Virus record (IMG/VR): IMGVR_UViG_3300029288_003882
Coordinates: 19,913-83,912 of that record
DNA: 64,000 nucleotides
Strand: one strand, 5' to 3'
From: a virus
Taxonomy: Duplodnaviria > Caudoviricetes
In this document: in pieces, positions 9,522-18,886 of the stretch
How positions within the stretch are numbered: the first letter of the stretch is position 1
How the letters are laid out: each line of letters begins with the position of its first letter
The notes under the pieces: generated by a model
The model's database searches: none
Told to the model about the DNA's origin: nothing
The model's input: the letters and a program-made list of their open reading frames with translations, nothing else
Made by a program: the position numbers and the translations under genes

Positions 9522-9959
9522 TCACCACAAAACGGTGACCTCAAAGACTTGCACCCATGTTAGGCAATCGTTTGCTTTATTCTTATCAATCGCCCAATCG
9601 TTCTCAATTATTAGATCATCTACATAATCGGTAGGATTGTGTGATAACGTCGTATTTTGGAAAATGCGTCTCATTTCATGCACCATTTCACGTCGGATAT
9701 CCTCGTTATAACCAGATACATGAACAAAAATCGACGCTTGATAAATTGTAGGCGACGACGACCTATCCATATCTCTTTGTTGATAGTTTGTAATTGGTTG
9801 GAATTTACCGTCTTTTCCTGTCAAGTATATCTGGCGTTCGTCTTGACGATTCGTCTCAAAATACGCCTCATTAACTTTGGTTGTCCAACCTGTTATCGTG
9901 AAATTTGCAAGTATAAAATCTTTGACTACCTTCCGTGGGTCAATGTCGTCTACCGCCAT
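9522..9959 (-). CDS. Probable tail terminator/completion protein
   Basis: 145 aa directly after the adaptor; size and position typical; sequence support weak. Confidence 0.5.
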   Translation of the reverse strand: MAVDDIDPRKVVKDFILANFTITGWTTKVNEAYFETNRQDERQIYLTGKDGKFQPITNYQQRDMDRSSSPTIYQASIFVHVSGYNEDIRREMVHEMRRIFQNTTLSHNPTDYVDDLIIENDWAIDKNKANDCLTWVQVFEVTVLW

Positions 9960-9961
9960 AG

Positions 9962-10633
9962 TTATTCATCCGTCATGTCTTCGAGTTCGGAAACAACGCT
10001 TTCATCCCGCCATTTTCCTATCGTATGAACGGCAAGGTTTTTATGGCGAATCTTTGTATTAAGCAATTCTTCCACGCGGGACATCCAACCGCCTATTACC
10101 TTTTCCCATTTGTTTATTTGTTCTTTGCATTCCTCTTGGAATTCTCTTGAAGTTGCCAGATCGACCGCAGTCATCAAGATGCAACATTCTTCCACATAAG
10201 AAGGTATTTCAGAATGCCCGTATATGTATGTTGTTTTTACTCTTTCCGTTCCGACATCTGGTGTATCCCAAAATCGTACCATACCAGAATTCGGCTTCTC
10301 AAGCCAATAATCGTCGTTGTTTCTATCACGACCTTGAGTTGCGAGTGTGTATTCTGTGCCGTCATAAACCGACAATTCGGTTACCGATATGACTGGATAT
10401 TTATCGAGAGGCATTCTTGGATTTCCAACAATATCGTGATATTCATCAGTGACGGTTGTTGGATTAAAATTCATCCCGTGCTCTTCGTTAATGCGTTTTG
10501 ACTTTCGCGCGATAAGTCTTTCTACCATACTGGGGTCGAATTTCCCACCAGATATTATCCAGACTTGATTATCAGATGAATATTTACCCAATATATCATT
10601 GATGTCCTGTACCATGCAAAACATAACTGGCAT
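9962..10633 (-). CDS. Head-tail adaptor/connector (gp6/gp15-like)
   Basis: YPVISVTELSV...GMVRF...VKTTYIYGHSEIPSYVEECCILM pattern typical of adaptors. Confidence 0.72.
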   Translation of the reverse strand: MPVMFCMVQDINDILGKYSSDNQVWIISGGKFDPSMVERLIARKSKRINEEHGMNFNPTTVTDEYHDIVGNPRMPLDKYPVISVTELSVYDGTEYTLATQGRDRNNDDYWLEKPNSGMVRFWDTPDVGTERVKTTYIYGHSEIPSYVEECCILMTAVDLATSREFQEECKEQINKWEKVIGGWMSRVEELLNTKIRHKNLAVHTIGKWRDESVVSELEDMTDE

Positions 10634-10669
10634 AATGATATATATAACGGTGCAAGTATTTTAAATTAT

Positions 10670-11949
10670 TTGTCATACAAACGAATGATAAATTTATAAA
10701 TATCGAATATAATTCTTATTAACATGCAATTGACACAAAAAATAAAAATATCACCAACAAAAGAACAGGAAATGGTTCTTATTGCGTTATCTGAAAAATG
10801 CAGGTTGATTTATAATTTTGCATTAACAGAAAGAAAGGAAGCATTTGTAAAAGGTATATATTTAGATTACAACAAACAACAAAATGGTTTACCTAAAACT
10901 AAGGAAAAATATCCAGAATATTGTTGGGTTTATAGTAAAGTTTTACAGATGACTTTGAAAAATCTTGACAACGATTTTAAATCCTTTTTTGCGTTGATAA
11001 AAAAAGATGCAACATCGAAGCAACCTAATTATAAAGGTGAAAAACATTTTACCACGATGTGTTATAATCAAAGCGGATTTAAATTAAATAAGGGGATAAT
11101 AACATTATCACATAAACATCCATCAAAAATTAAACTCAACTTTAAAATTCCTGAAAAATTCATATTCGATAAAATATACCAAGTTGATGTCTATAAAAAT
11201 GGTAAACAATACTTTTTATCTATTACCTATGACGTTAAGGAAAATGAATTTACAGATAATGGATTATACCAAGCGTTCGATTTGGGAATATTAAAGCACA
11301 CCGCGGTTAATATGTCAGGTAAATTTTTTGAAACAACGATACAACGACCTGATAGATATTGGGAAAAATCATTGAGTGATATTCAAAGCAGAAAAGATCA
11401 TTGCAAAAAATACAGTAGAAAATGGATATTTTATAATGATGTTTGGAATAAATTAATAAAAAAATCTTCTAATCAAATGAAGGATAATATTCATAAATTA
11501 TCAAGGAAGGTGATAGATAATACAAAAGCAAATACGATAATAGTTGGTGATTTATCACCAAAACAAATGTGTAAAATTGATAAGCGACAAAAAGGATTAC
11601 ATCGAAGTCTGCACAACACAGGAATAATTTCCCGATTTGTTAGTTTTCTAACCTACAAGGCAAAACTCGTAGGTAAAAGAGTAATAGAAAACAACGAATA
11701 CAAGACATCCCAGAAATGTTGTTGTTGTGGAAACATGATGAAAATGCCTTTAGAAAAACGGGAATATATTTGCGATAAGTGTGGTAATAAGATTGATCGG
11801 GACAGAAATAGCGCCGTAAATATGATGATAAATTACCTATCGCAAAATGGCTTATGGACGGCCTACTGGCTATTTGTCAGTAATCTGCGGCAAACAGGGT
11901 TAGCAATAGTTAATCACCCGCAGGAAATCACCAATGGTGTATAGTTCAT
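10670..11949 (+). mobile_element. IS200/IS605-family element, tnpB only (IS1341-like)
   Basis: AT-rich tnpB inserted against the orientation of the late operon; right end ...GGTGTATAGTTCAT at 11949; no tnpA seen. Left end approximate. Confidence 0.7.
10724..11944 (+). CDS. tnpB: TnpB RNA-guided endonuclease family protein
   Basis: N-terminal HTH (KISPTKEQ..CRLIYNFAL), RuvC-I AFDLG, RuvC-II region IIVGDL, Zn finger TSQKCCCCG..CDKCG, RuvC-III DRDRNSAVN. Confidence 0.93.
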   Translation: MQLTQKIKISPTKEQEMVLIALSEKCRLIYNFALTERKEAFVKGIYLDYNKQQNGLPKTKEKYPEYCWVYSKVLQMTLKNLDNDFKSFFALIKKDATSKQPNYKGEKHFTTMCYNQSGFKLNKGIITLSHKHPSKIKLNFKIPEKFIFDKIYQVDVYKNGKQYFLSITYDVKENEFTDNGLYQAFDLGILKHTAVNMSGKFFETTIQRPDRYWEKSLSDIQSRKDHCKKYSRKWIFYNDVWNKLIKKSSNQMKDNIHKLSRKVIDNTKANTIIVGDLSPKQMCKIDKRQKGLHRSLHNTGIISRFVSFLTYKAKLVGKRVIENNEYKTSQKCCCCGNMMKMPLEKREYICDKCGNKIDRDRNSAVNMMINYLSQNGLWTAYWLFVSNLRQTGLAIVNHPQEITNGV

Positions 11950-12326
11950 ATTATCTTAAAATATGCAAGAAGACCACCAACTATTAATATGAATTCAGTA
12001 AGAATCGTGACCACTGCGCCAACGATATACTTGGTGGAATTATTTTTAAAGTGTATCACGATTGCGCTTTCCTCCTCGCCACAATTTTCCCCGTCCGCGC
12101 ATACATGCTTACCCTTTGGCTTCTTTATATCGTTGTCAATACGTGAATGCACCCGAGATTGGCATCTTTCACGTCTCGTTTGGCAATCGCTTCGAGGAAT
12201 AAACTTTTCCTTCATTTCGTCCGAACATTCTTTTTTGTGGGTGTTTATTGCGCTTGCGACGCCCGCCGCCGCTTTTGCCTCGACGATTTTCTCAAATCTT
12301 GCCCATTCCTTTTCTGTTATTGCCAT
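11946..12326 (-). CDS. Hypothetical protein with C-terminal transmembrane helix (holin/lysis candidate)
   Basis: Hydrophobic tail YIVGAVVTILTEFILIVGGLLAYF. Confidence 0.5.
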   Translation of the reverse strand: MAITEKEWARFEKIVEAKAAAGVASAINTHKKECSDEMKEKFIPRSDCQTRRERCQSRVHSRIDNDIKKPKGKHVCADGENCGEEESAIVIHFKNNSTKYIVGAVVTILTEFILIVGGLLAYFKII

Positions 12327-12339
12327 ATTTCTCCCTCCA

Positions 12340-12624
12340 TTACGGTGGCGGCGGTGGTACAGGAGGTATAATAGCAACGATTATACCGTTTGCAACCATT
12401 ACCGTATTTCCTTGAGCGTCTTCAAATTGTCCCGTAAACCCACTAACCGCTGGTGTTAAAATTGTTTCAGTTCCTTTGGTGATCACCCTTATAGTTCCTG
12501 TTGACGAATGAACATAAACGAGACGATTAGCCAATCTTGATATGTATCCTTGTTTCTTTGCGTAAGCCATCGCCGCAGATAGATTTGGTTGTTCGCCCAA
12601 CCAATTTAAGTTTTCAATAGCCAT
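12340..12624 (-). CDS. Hypothetical virion-associated protein
   Basis: ORF with RBS within the late operon; ends in PPVPPPP. Confidence 0.45.
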   Translation of the reverse strand: MAIENLNWLGEQPNLSAAMAYAKKQGYISRLANRLVYVHSSTGTIRVITKGTETILTPAVSGFTGQFEDAQGNTVMVANGIIVAIIPPVPPPPP

Positions 12625-12632
12625 ATTTCGCC

Positions 12633-12953
12633 TCAAAGATTATCATAGACTTTAAAATTACCTATCGATGATTTCCAGGTCCCAAGTGATGGAAGAACAA
12701 TGCTTGCCTGAATCGTCCAGATACCTGCAACATCCAGATCACTCGCAGAAAGCGTCTTGTAATAAATCTTACCATCTGTTCCATCAGTTTCAAAAATACC
12801 TGCCTTTGTCACTGATGTTCCGTTCGGCTTCTTAAAAATAATATTCTTTGTAGTTGCTTCAGAAATGTCCACTGGGTCATCGCCTTCCTTGACGGTTACC
12901 AAGAACTTTGTTCCGATGTCACCCACATGCACCTCTTCGACGACGTTGCTCAT
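12633..12953 (-). CDS. BppU N-terminal-like (baseplate upper) Ig-fold protein
   Basis: GDIGTKFLVTV..PVDIS..IIFKKPNGT..DGKIYY..DLDVAGIWTIQ resembles BppU_N. Confidence 0.7.
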   Translation of the reverse strand: MSNVVEEVHVGDIGTKFLVTVKEGDDPVDISEATTKNIIFKKPNGTSVTKAGIFETDGTDGKIYYKTLSASDLDVAGIWTIQASIVLPSLGTWKSSIGNFKVYDNL

Positions 12954-13111
12954 AAATCCACCTCTTGATTTTCTTGCGTTTTTACAATGACTTGAACGGT
13001 TGTCTCACGTTCTAAGGTTAGATTGAAATCCAACGACGACAGAAGCGACAAGGAAAGGCTTTCTTCCCTATGCACGTATGCATCTATGAGCATTATGTCT
13101 TCGTCGGGCAT
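12950..13111 (-). CDS. Small hypothetical protein (53 aa)
   Basis: Hand-translated MPDEDIMLIDAYVHREES...VDL*; stop overlaps the next ATG (ATGA). Confidence 0.5.
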   Translation of the reverse strand: MPDEDIMLIDAYVHREESLSLSLLSSLDFNLTLERETTVQVIVKTQENQEVDL

Positions 13112-13115
13112 TGCG

Positions 13116-13259
13116 TCACCTTTCAAGGACGAAAGCGTCCGTCCTATCTATATATAATGTGAATTCGAGTATATCTAACCATTCTCGCTGAGGTACGTAT
13201 GATGCCAAACCGTATGAAGCGATTTGGGATCCTATACCGAGTCCTTGTTGTGGGAACAT
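13116..13259 (-). CDS. Small hypothetical protein (47 aa)
   Basis: MFPQQGLGIGSQIASYGLASY...TLYIDRTDAFVLER; starts 1 nt after the fibre stop. Confidence 0.5.
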   Translation of the reverse strand: MFPQQGLGIGSQIASYGLASYVPQREWLDILEFTLYIDRTDAFVLER

Positions 13260-13260
13260 T

Positions 13261-15747
13261 TTATAACACCTGATTTCCGCGATTTGCTGGACCAGTTCCT
13301 TGTATTGTGAAATTACCACCGCCTGATTTAGTGAATGTCCACTTTTTGATTACGGTGGTTCCTGCATCGTCGTATAGCCACAATTGTTGCCCGTGCCATT
13401 CGAGTTTGTTTTCTAAGATGTCCATTATATCGTTTAATAACGTTGTCAATGATGATAAGTCTATCGATTCAACTGCTTCGATGACATTTTCTTCCGACGT
13501 GGTGATCGCCCCAGTTATGACGCCTTGAGAGGTAGTTATCGCTGATTCCACGGAGGCTTCGCTTGCAGGGTCATCTGGTAGGTTTTCTGTCCTCTCGGTA
13601 ACTGTATCAAGTTGGTCAGATAAAACTTTTAGATCATCGTCATCTGTTCCGCGGATATTTTCTTCGCTTGTTGTGATTGCATCGGTAATATCCCCAACTG
13701 CACCATCTATATAATCTTCGATATTGCCTTCTGAGGTAGTTATTGCGCCAGTAATTACACCTTGGGAGGTCGATATTGCGCCTTCGATGTCGCTTTCATC
13801 CGCTGGGTCAGATGGTAGTCTCGAATTAATCGCCGATGCATCACCGGCGGCACTTGACGCATTAGTAGCCACACCGTCTATTTGGTCGGAAATAACCTTC
13901 AGGTCGTCTGAATCAGAACCACGGATATTTCCCTCCGATGTCGATATGGCTCCCGTTATCGCTGGAACATCTACGGTGCGGATGTTGTTCGTATCGGTCT
14001 TAACACCAGTAACCGATAATTCTTTTGCCATATCTGTGTAAATCGATTTTAATGCAGTGTCTGGATTTCCGAGCATTGTTTCAATAGACTTTAAATTCGT
14101 TCTTGCGGAAGGATTGCCAATGTTTGCAGATATTTTATTTTGAGAATCGGTTGTGGCGTCAAAGGTTGCACCGCCATTATCATCCGCCAACTTCTTAATA
14201 TTCGCTGCTATGCTTGCACCACCGCCGTCTATGTTCGCTGGTGTGCCTATGTTGTCCATCAGTTCATCGATAGAATCGTCATTGACCTCCACCGCACACT
14301 GGTAGACATGGGATAGGTTCAGAATGTCCCTGACCTTCACCATGTAATTTACGTTTGAGGTCGTAAATTCTCCCGCACCTATGTTAAGGGAATAATAGCC
14401 ATGTCCTTGTTCCTTCCATTCTGCTGCGATAGGAACATAAGCGGTCCAGGCCGTATCACTCTCTTTTTTATATTCTACTTCAAGGTCTGCCACTAATTGC
14501 CCTACGACACCGAGTTTATTAGCATCCATCAGTCTGATAGGTATCCAGGTATCGGTAGATTTCTTTCTGCGGAGGACGGCAATGTTATCCTGGAATGTTT
14601 CTGGGACAGTGTATGCTGGAATTGTAATATCAATAGGAACTGCATCGGTTCCATAGTCAGATGCCATTGCCTGAGTCACTGTTTTTACAATGCCTGCGTT
14701 CATTGCCCAGATTTTTATTGTAGGACTGACAGCAGAAATTTGAACATACCCCGTTCCACTTTTCAGATACCCTATATTATATGGAACAAACAAAGCCCTC
14801 ATTTCATTGCGTATCTGGGATACGGTGAATAATGCATTATAATTTCTGATAATTGTTTGTGTGAGATGTGGCCTACCAGTAGCATCGGTCTTTCTACATC
14901 TAAAAATATCATTGGTTATTCTATTATAATTTGTCTCACCACCCGTATATTCTATGGAAAATAAAATATCAGTATATGGATTTCCTGAAACATCCACCGC
15001 CCTGATATTAATTGTTCTTACTTTTGTAACATCGATAAAATCATTATTATATGCGGTTGGGCATGAAAAGGTTATTGTGCCTATAATATAAACTCTTGGG
15101 GCGAATTGACCTACACAACATATCCCTGGAACGACAATAGTAAAATCGTGCCAATAAAATTCTCCCGATATGTCCATACCATTTTCTAACCAAGTAGCCG
15201 AAGATGGGTCTTTTTTAATAGTAGTTTCTCGCAGGTAATGACTCGGATAAAAAATAAATACATAATGTCCCGTTGCGGTTCCGATTGAGGATTTATACAT
15301 ATATAGATGGATGCCTCTTTTAATTTCTGTTGCTGAACTTGGGTATCCTACAAATGTAACACTTGAAGCGACTCTACTCACTGTAAGGGCATAGTCTGAC
15401 ATCCCCAAATGGACATAAGACATATTCCCCGAAAGAACATATAATACTGCCACATTCGACAATGCTAATCTGTATCCTACGGTTGGGTCATCGGGATAAA
15501 CTCCCCCAACTGCATCCCCTGTTATGGTAATTGTATTATAGAATGTGCAATTACCATTACCACAAGACACTGTAAGGTCATTCGTTTCTCTTACAATATA
15601 TAAATATCTTCCAGCCGTATCTGTTGTCACTATTCCCGTTATATCGGCAGGAATTGTCATACGATTGGCATAGGAGGAACCATCGCCTAATCCAGCAGGT
15701 GCTCCCAGAGTCCAAAAAGTTGTTGCAGCAATGGTGTATACCGTCAC
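13261..15747 (-). CDS. Tail fibre/adhesin-like protein with acidic internal repeats
   Basis: 828 aa; T/S/I-rich beta N-terminal half; duplicated blocks AIxTSExNIRGxDxDDLKVxSDQxD and LPxDPAxExxxExAIxTSQGVITGAITTSExN. Confidence 0.6.
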   Translation of the reverse strand: MTVYTIAATTFWTLGAPAGLGDGSSYANRMTIPADITGIVTTDTAGRYLYIVRETNDLTVSCGNGNCTFYNTITITGDAVGGVYPDDPTVGYRLALSNVAVLYVLSGNMSYVHLGMSDYALTVSRVASSVTFVGYPSSATEIKRGIHLYMYKSSIGTATGHYVFIFYPSHYLRETTIKKDPSSATWLENGMDISGEFYWHDFTIVVPGICCVGQFAPRVYIIGTITFSCPTAYNNDFIDVTKVRTINIRAVDVSGNPYTDILFSIEYTGGETNYNRITNDIFRCRKTDATGRPHLTQTIIRNYNALFTVSQIRNEMRALFVPYNIGYLKSGTGYVQISAVSPTIKIWAMNAGIVKTVTQAMASDYGTDAVPIDITIPAYTVPETFQDNIAVLRRKKSTDTWIPIRLMDANKLGVVGQLVADLEVEYKKESDTAWTAYVPIAAEWKEQGHGYYSLNIGAGEFTTSNVNYMVKVRDILNLSHVYQCAVEVNDDSIDELMDNIGTPANIDGGGASIAANIKKLADDNGGATFDATTDSQNKISANIGNPSARTNLKSIETMLGNPDTALKSIYTDMAKELSVTGVKTDTNNIRTVDVPAITGAISTSEGNIRGSDSDDLKVISDQIDGVATNASSAAGDASAINSRLPSDPADESDIEGAISTSQGVITGAITTSEGNIEDYIDGAVGDITDAITTSEENIRGTDDDDLKVLSDQLDTVTERTENLPDDPASEASVESAITTSQGVITGAITTSEENVIEAVESIDLSSLTTLLNDIMDILENKLEWHGQQLWLYDDAGTTVIKKWTFTKSGGGNFTIQGTGPANRGNQVL

Positions 15748-16079
15748 TTAGAAACCACCTTAGCAGTCAATACTTCCTTCTTCCCATATAATTCCAACAA
15801 CCTATCATCTATGTCCTTCTGACTTATGACTACCTTCCCCTTATCATCCATCATTACCTCTTGCCCCTTCCAGTTCTTGATGTCCTCTTTCACCCTTATC
15901 AATTCCTCTTTCAGTTGTGATTGTTTCTGGGACTTAATGAATTCTATCGGGTCTGTCTTATCATCCAGGCCACAGATGCAATGTTCCTCACCATCGACAG
16001 CGACATGGATGTTAGAGAGGCCATCAGACCGCTTGATAGACTTGAGGATTCTATCCGAGATAACTTCGCCTTTCATCAT
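15744..16079 (-). CDS. Hypothetical protein
   Basis: 111-aa ORF translationally coupled to the fibre gene. Confidence 0.55.
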   Translation of the reverse strand: MMKGEVISDRILKSIKRSDGLSNIHVAVDGEEHCICGLDDKTDPIEFIKSQKQSQLKEELIRVKEDIKNWKGQEVMMDDKGKVVISQKDIDDRLLELYGKKEVLTAKVVSK

Positions 16080-16322
16080 CTTACATCACCTTGGCAAGGA
16101 CCTTCTTAGAAATACCTGGTGCGGTTATCATTATTACACCAACTCAGCCTTAAGCACCTGTATCTGCTTGACCTTCTCGACGAGGACTTCGTCCTCTTTT
16201 GTGACCGTTACCATATGATTCACCTTCAATAGTTCACACTATACATATATGACGCATCGAAGATTTAATATCTTCGAAGGTTTCAAAAGGGTGTAATGTA
16301 CCCATTTGATTCGATTTCATAC

Positions 16323-16949
16323 TCACACCAGTTGCCCGAGTGGTTTCTTTGTTGAAAGCGGGCTTTTTAATGCTTGTTGTGGTAAAAAGTATGTTAATTC
16401 TATCTTAGGCGGGTGTGGGTAAGCCGATGCATCGAATCGAGCGCCATAATTTATATTCGCTGGTAGATCATCATAATCCCTACCTGATAATCCGTATAGT
16501 TTAATTTTTCCATCAACTATCAAACCAGAGACTGGTATTTCTATGTCGTTGTATGCATTAAGGGTTATTGTCGTCGTAGGTACCCGTTTAACGAGAGCGC
16601 CCCAATATGCTTTATTGAAATCTCCAACGACGACGGGAATACTCGGGTGAATTCCGTCGCCTTTTACAAATACCAAATCTGTATCCTCAACACCTTTAAG
16701 ATTGCACCACAATCTCAATATCGCTCTTGCCAATGTAATGCCTGCTGGTGGTGTATAGACTAATGCAGCACGGCGGGCATTCCAGGTTTCAAACATACCT
16801 CCAGAATGACCCACAAATATTTCCAACCATTCTCTCGTTAGTGTGCTATCTGCTTCTGTGGCATTTCTTGCGTCGTCTGCAGAACTGAAAGATACCTTCT
16901 GAAAAGAATCAGATACTAAGGTGTCGGTTATAATCACTGTTTTAGACAT
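16323..16949 (-). CDS. Putative virion surface protein (DNRLRE/carbohydrate-binding-like)
   Basis: AILRLW core and RFDASAYPHPPKIELTY end resemble this beta-sandwich family; weak. Confidence 0.4.
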   Translation of the reverse strand: MSKTVIITDTLVSDSFQKVSFSSADDARNATEADSTLTREWLEIFVGHSGGMFETWNARRAALVYTPPAGITLARAILRLWCNLKGVEDTDLVFVKGDGIHPSIPVVVGDFNKAYWGALVKRVPTTTITLNAYNDIEIPVSGLIVDGKIKLYGLSGRDYDDLPANINYGARFDASAYPHPPKIELTYFLPQQALKSPLSTKKPLGQLV

Positions 16950-16960
16950 ATCAGCACCTA

Positions 16961-17350
16961 CTACCGAGCGTAATCGGTCTTGGTGATAGATTTAGGAATG
17001 GTCTTGTTGACGCCCTCTGTTATGTCTATTTGCATTGACACTTTGACGCTTTTTGCCGATTTGAATTCAAGATGTGGATTTGGGTCAGTTCCTACCGTGT
17101 ATGTCTTTGAGTCAATATCACGATATGTTCCATCATCCAGTTCCTTTACTCGGATGGTAACGATCTTCGCGGCGGTAAGATTGTATAAGAAAACCGTCCC
17201 GATGAATTCTTTTACCTTATCATCAGTATTGGAATATTCATACAAATCCTTCTCGGCGGTACCTGAAAGATACGTCTCATCGTCGTTGTCTAAATCTCCC
17301 AAAGAACCTGCCACAGGTCCGCTGGATGAACTTACGTTTCCGGGTTGCAT
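16961..17350 (-). CDS. Hypothetical structural protein
   Basis: 129 aa, beta-rich, downstream of MCP. Confidence 0.5.
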   Translation of the reverse strand: MQPGNVSSSSGPVAGSLGDLDNDDETYLSGTAEKDLYEYSNTDDKVKEFIGTVFLYNLTAAKIVTIRVKELDDGTYRDIDSKTYTVGTDPNPHLEFKSAKSVKVSMQIDITEGVNKTIPKSITKTDYAR

Positions 17351-17356
17351 CGGTGA

Positions 17357-17686
17357 TCACCACAAAATAGTTATCTCAAGGTCAACGTCGCCGTCCACAC
17401 CTTTGTAAGCAATGCATCGAACTTTTTGCGTTCTGGATTGTGATGCGCCAGGACGTATCAACCTCGATGCCGTATCGCTTACATCGCCGGATAATACGTT
17501 GACATCGATACGTGCCGATTTGCTTGCAGGGTCTAACGGGTCTTCGGCATTAGCGATTTCTACAGCTTCCGCGGCAACGCCTATTACCCCTTTCGTCGCA
17601 CCGAAATCAGAAAGCCACAATCGATTGGTAACGCCGTTGCTTGCGGTGACATGTATCGTCTTTGAATTTTCTGGTGATTCTTTCAT
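17357..17686 (-). CDS. Hypothetical structural protein (head decoration candidate)
   Basis: 109 aa, first gene after MCP. Confidence 0.45.
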   Translation of the reverse strand: MKESPENSKTIHVTASNGVTNRLWLSDFGATKGVIGVAAEAVEIANAEDPLDPASKSARIDVNVLSGDVSDTASRLIRPGASQSRTQKVRCIAYKGVDGDVDLEITILW

Positions 17687-17740
17687 ATGACTACCCCATT
17701 TTTCAGGTGCAGGATTTCCGACTTGAACGGAAATCTAACA

Positions 17741-17788
17741 TAAAGAAAAATAGGCTCCCGATTACAGGGGGGTGAAAATCGGGAGCCT
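17741..17788 (-). terminator. Hairpin plus U-tract terminator after MCP
   Basis: 12-bp stem AGGCTCCCGATT/AATCGGGAGCCT followed on the minus strand by ATTTTTCTTT. Confidence 0.75.
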
Positions 17789-17805
17789 TCTTTGCTATTG
17801 CGTGT

Positions 17806-18852
17806 TTACAAAGTTCCAGGTAATACGTTGATTATCTGGCATATCGCAGCGAGGTACCGCACGTTGAAAGCCATGTCCTCTTTCGGGACGAGGATGATCT
17901 GGTCTTTCGTCGGCTCGTCGTCTATCTCAATGGTGAACTTGCGCTCAGCCATTGTCGGGTTGCCGATTATGGGCGACCTCTTGTTGACGACAAGCACAAC
18001 GGTGCGGTTGTCGGCGGTCGTGCCGGAGCCTTGGTTCCTGGCGACGCCCGTGGAATCGAGTGTGTCGGGTATGAGGGACGTCCCGATGACGGTCATACCG
18101 AACAACTTGCCTATCTCGCCCGTCAGTACGGTCGCCTGCGGACCATACTTGTCAAGCGTCTTGAGTTCATCCCATCCGAGGATGACGGTCTCGACCGAGG
18201 TCGATACGATCATGACAAGGTCGGTTTTCTTCTTGCCATACTTTCCGAGAGCCGCGAGAGCCTTGCGGACGTGGGTGCTGGTAAGCGAAGCGCCAGAGGC
18301 GTTCACGCTTGCGCCGCCGTTAAGCGCATAGTACCGCAGTCCTTTGAGCTCCAGCCTTGGGTCACGGGTAACTATCCCGTCGGGGAAGTTGGTGATGTTG
18401 TATGCGCCGTTGATGTTGCTTGCCCCAGCGGTTGTGTCGCCGTTTACGAAGACATCCTCTTCGGTCTCTGCAACCGAATCCTTTATGTCGCCTTCGATGG
18501 CGGGCATCAAGGTGGGAACCGCATACGCCAGAGTCTTGCGGTCAATCGGAGCATTTCCGATTATTGTCTTCATCGACAGTTCTACCTCGTCCGTGGACTG
18601 CCTGGATTCCGTTGCAGCCGTACCGACGTAGCCCGTGGTTCCTTGCATCGTAATGCCTGCAGTGAACTTCGGGATTTTCAGGGTCTCGGTCGTCATGTTG
18701 ACTGACTGGAATGTGTTCCTTACCCAAGACTCCTCCCATACCTGCATGATGATTTCTTCCGAAACCTCTGTAGGTAGCATCTCAGCGCCGTAGCCGGTTG
18801 TGCCATCGAACGCTGTCTTTATCTCTTCAACACCTGGTATTTTCTGGGACAT
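17806..18852 (-). CDS. Major capsid protein (HK97 fold)
   Basis: GAEMLPTEVSEEII, LKIPK, VFVNGD, GEIGKLFGMTVI, IILVPKEDMAF; ATG at 18852 after AGGTGA. Confidence 0.92.
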   Translation of the reverse strand: MSQKIPGVEEIKTAFDGTTGYGAEMLPTEVSEEIIMQVWEESWVRNTFQSVNMTTETLKIPKFTAGITMQGTTGYVGTAATESRQSTDEVELSMKTIIGNAPIDRKTLAYAVPTLMPAIEGDIKDSVAETEEDVFVNGDTTAGASNINGAYNITNFPDGIVTRDPRLELKGLRYYALNGGASVNASGASLTSTHVRKALAALGKYGKKKTDLVMIVSTSVETVILGWDELKTLDKYGPQATVLTGEIGKLFGMTVIGTSLIPDTLDSTGVARNQGSGTTADNRTVVLVVNKRSPIIGNPTMAERKFTIEIDDEPTKDQIILVPKEDMAFNVRYLAAICQIINVLPGTL

Positions 18853-18886
18853 ATGTTTCACCTTTTTGGTTTTTCCGTTTCGATCT

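Noticed and set aside
17706-17740. tRNA-like T-arm (TTCCG-TTCAAGT-CGGAA on the minus strand)
   Set aside because: Only a single hairpin; no acceptor, D or anticodon arms can be formed. No tRNA gene was recognised anywhere in the window.
13261-18852. N-x-S/T sequons in the fibre and MCP as evidence of N-glycosylation
   Set aside because: Counts (about 4-5 each) are compatible with chance in N/T/S-rich proteins, and archaeal AglB acts outside the cytoplasm where these virions assemble.
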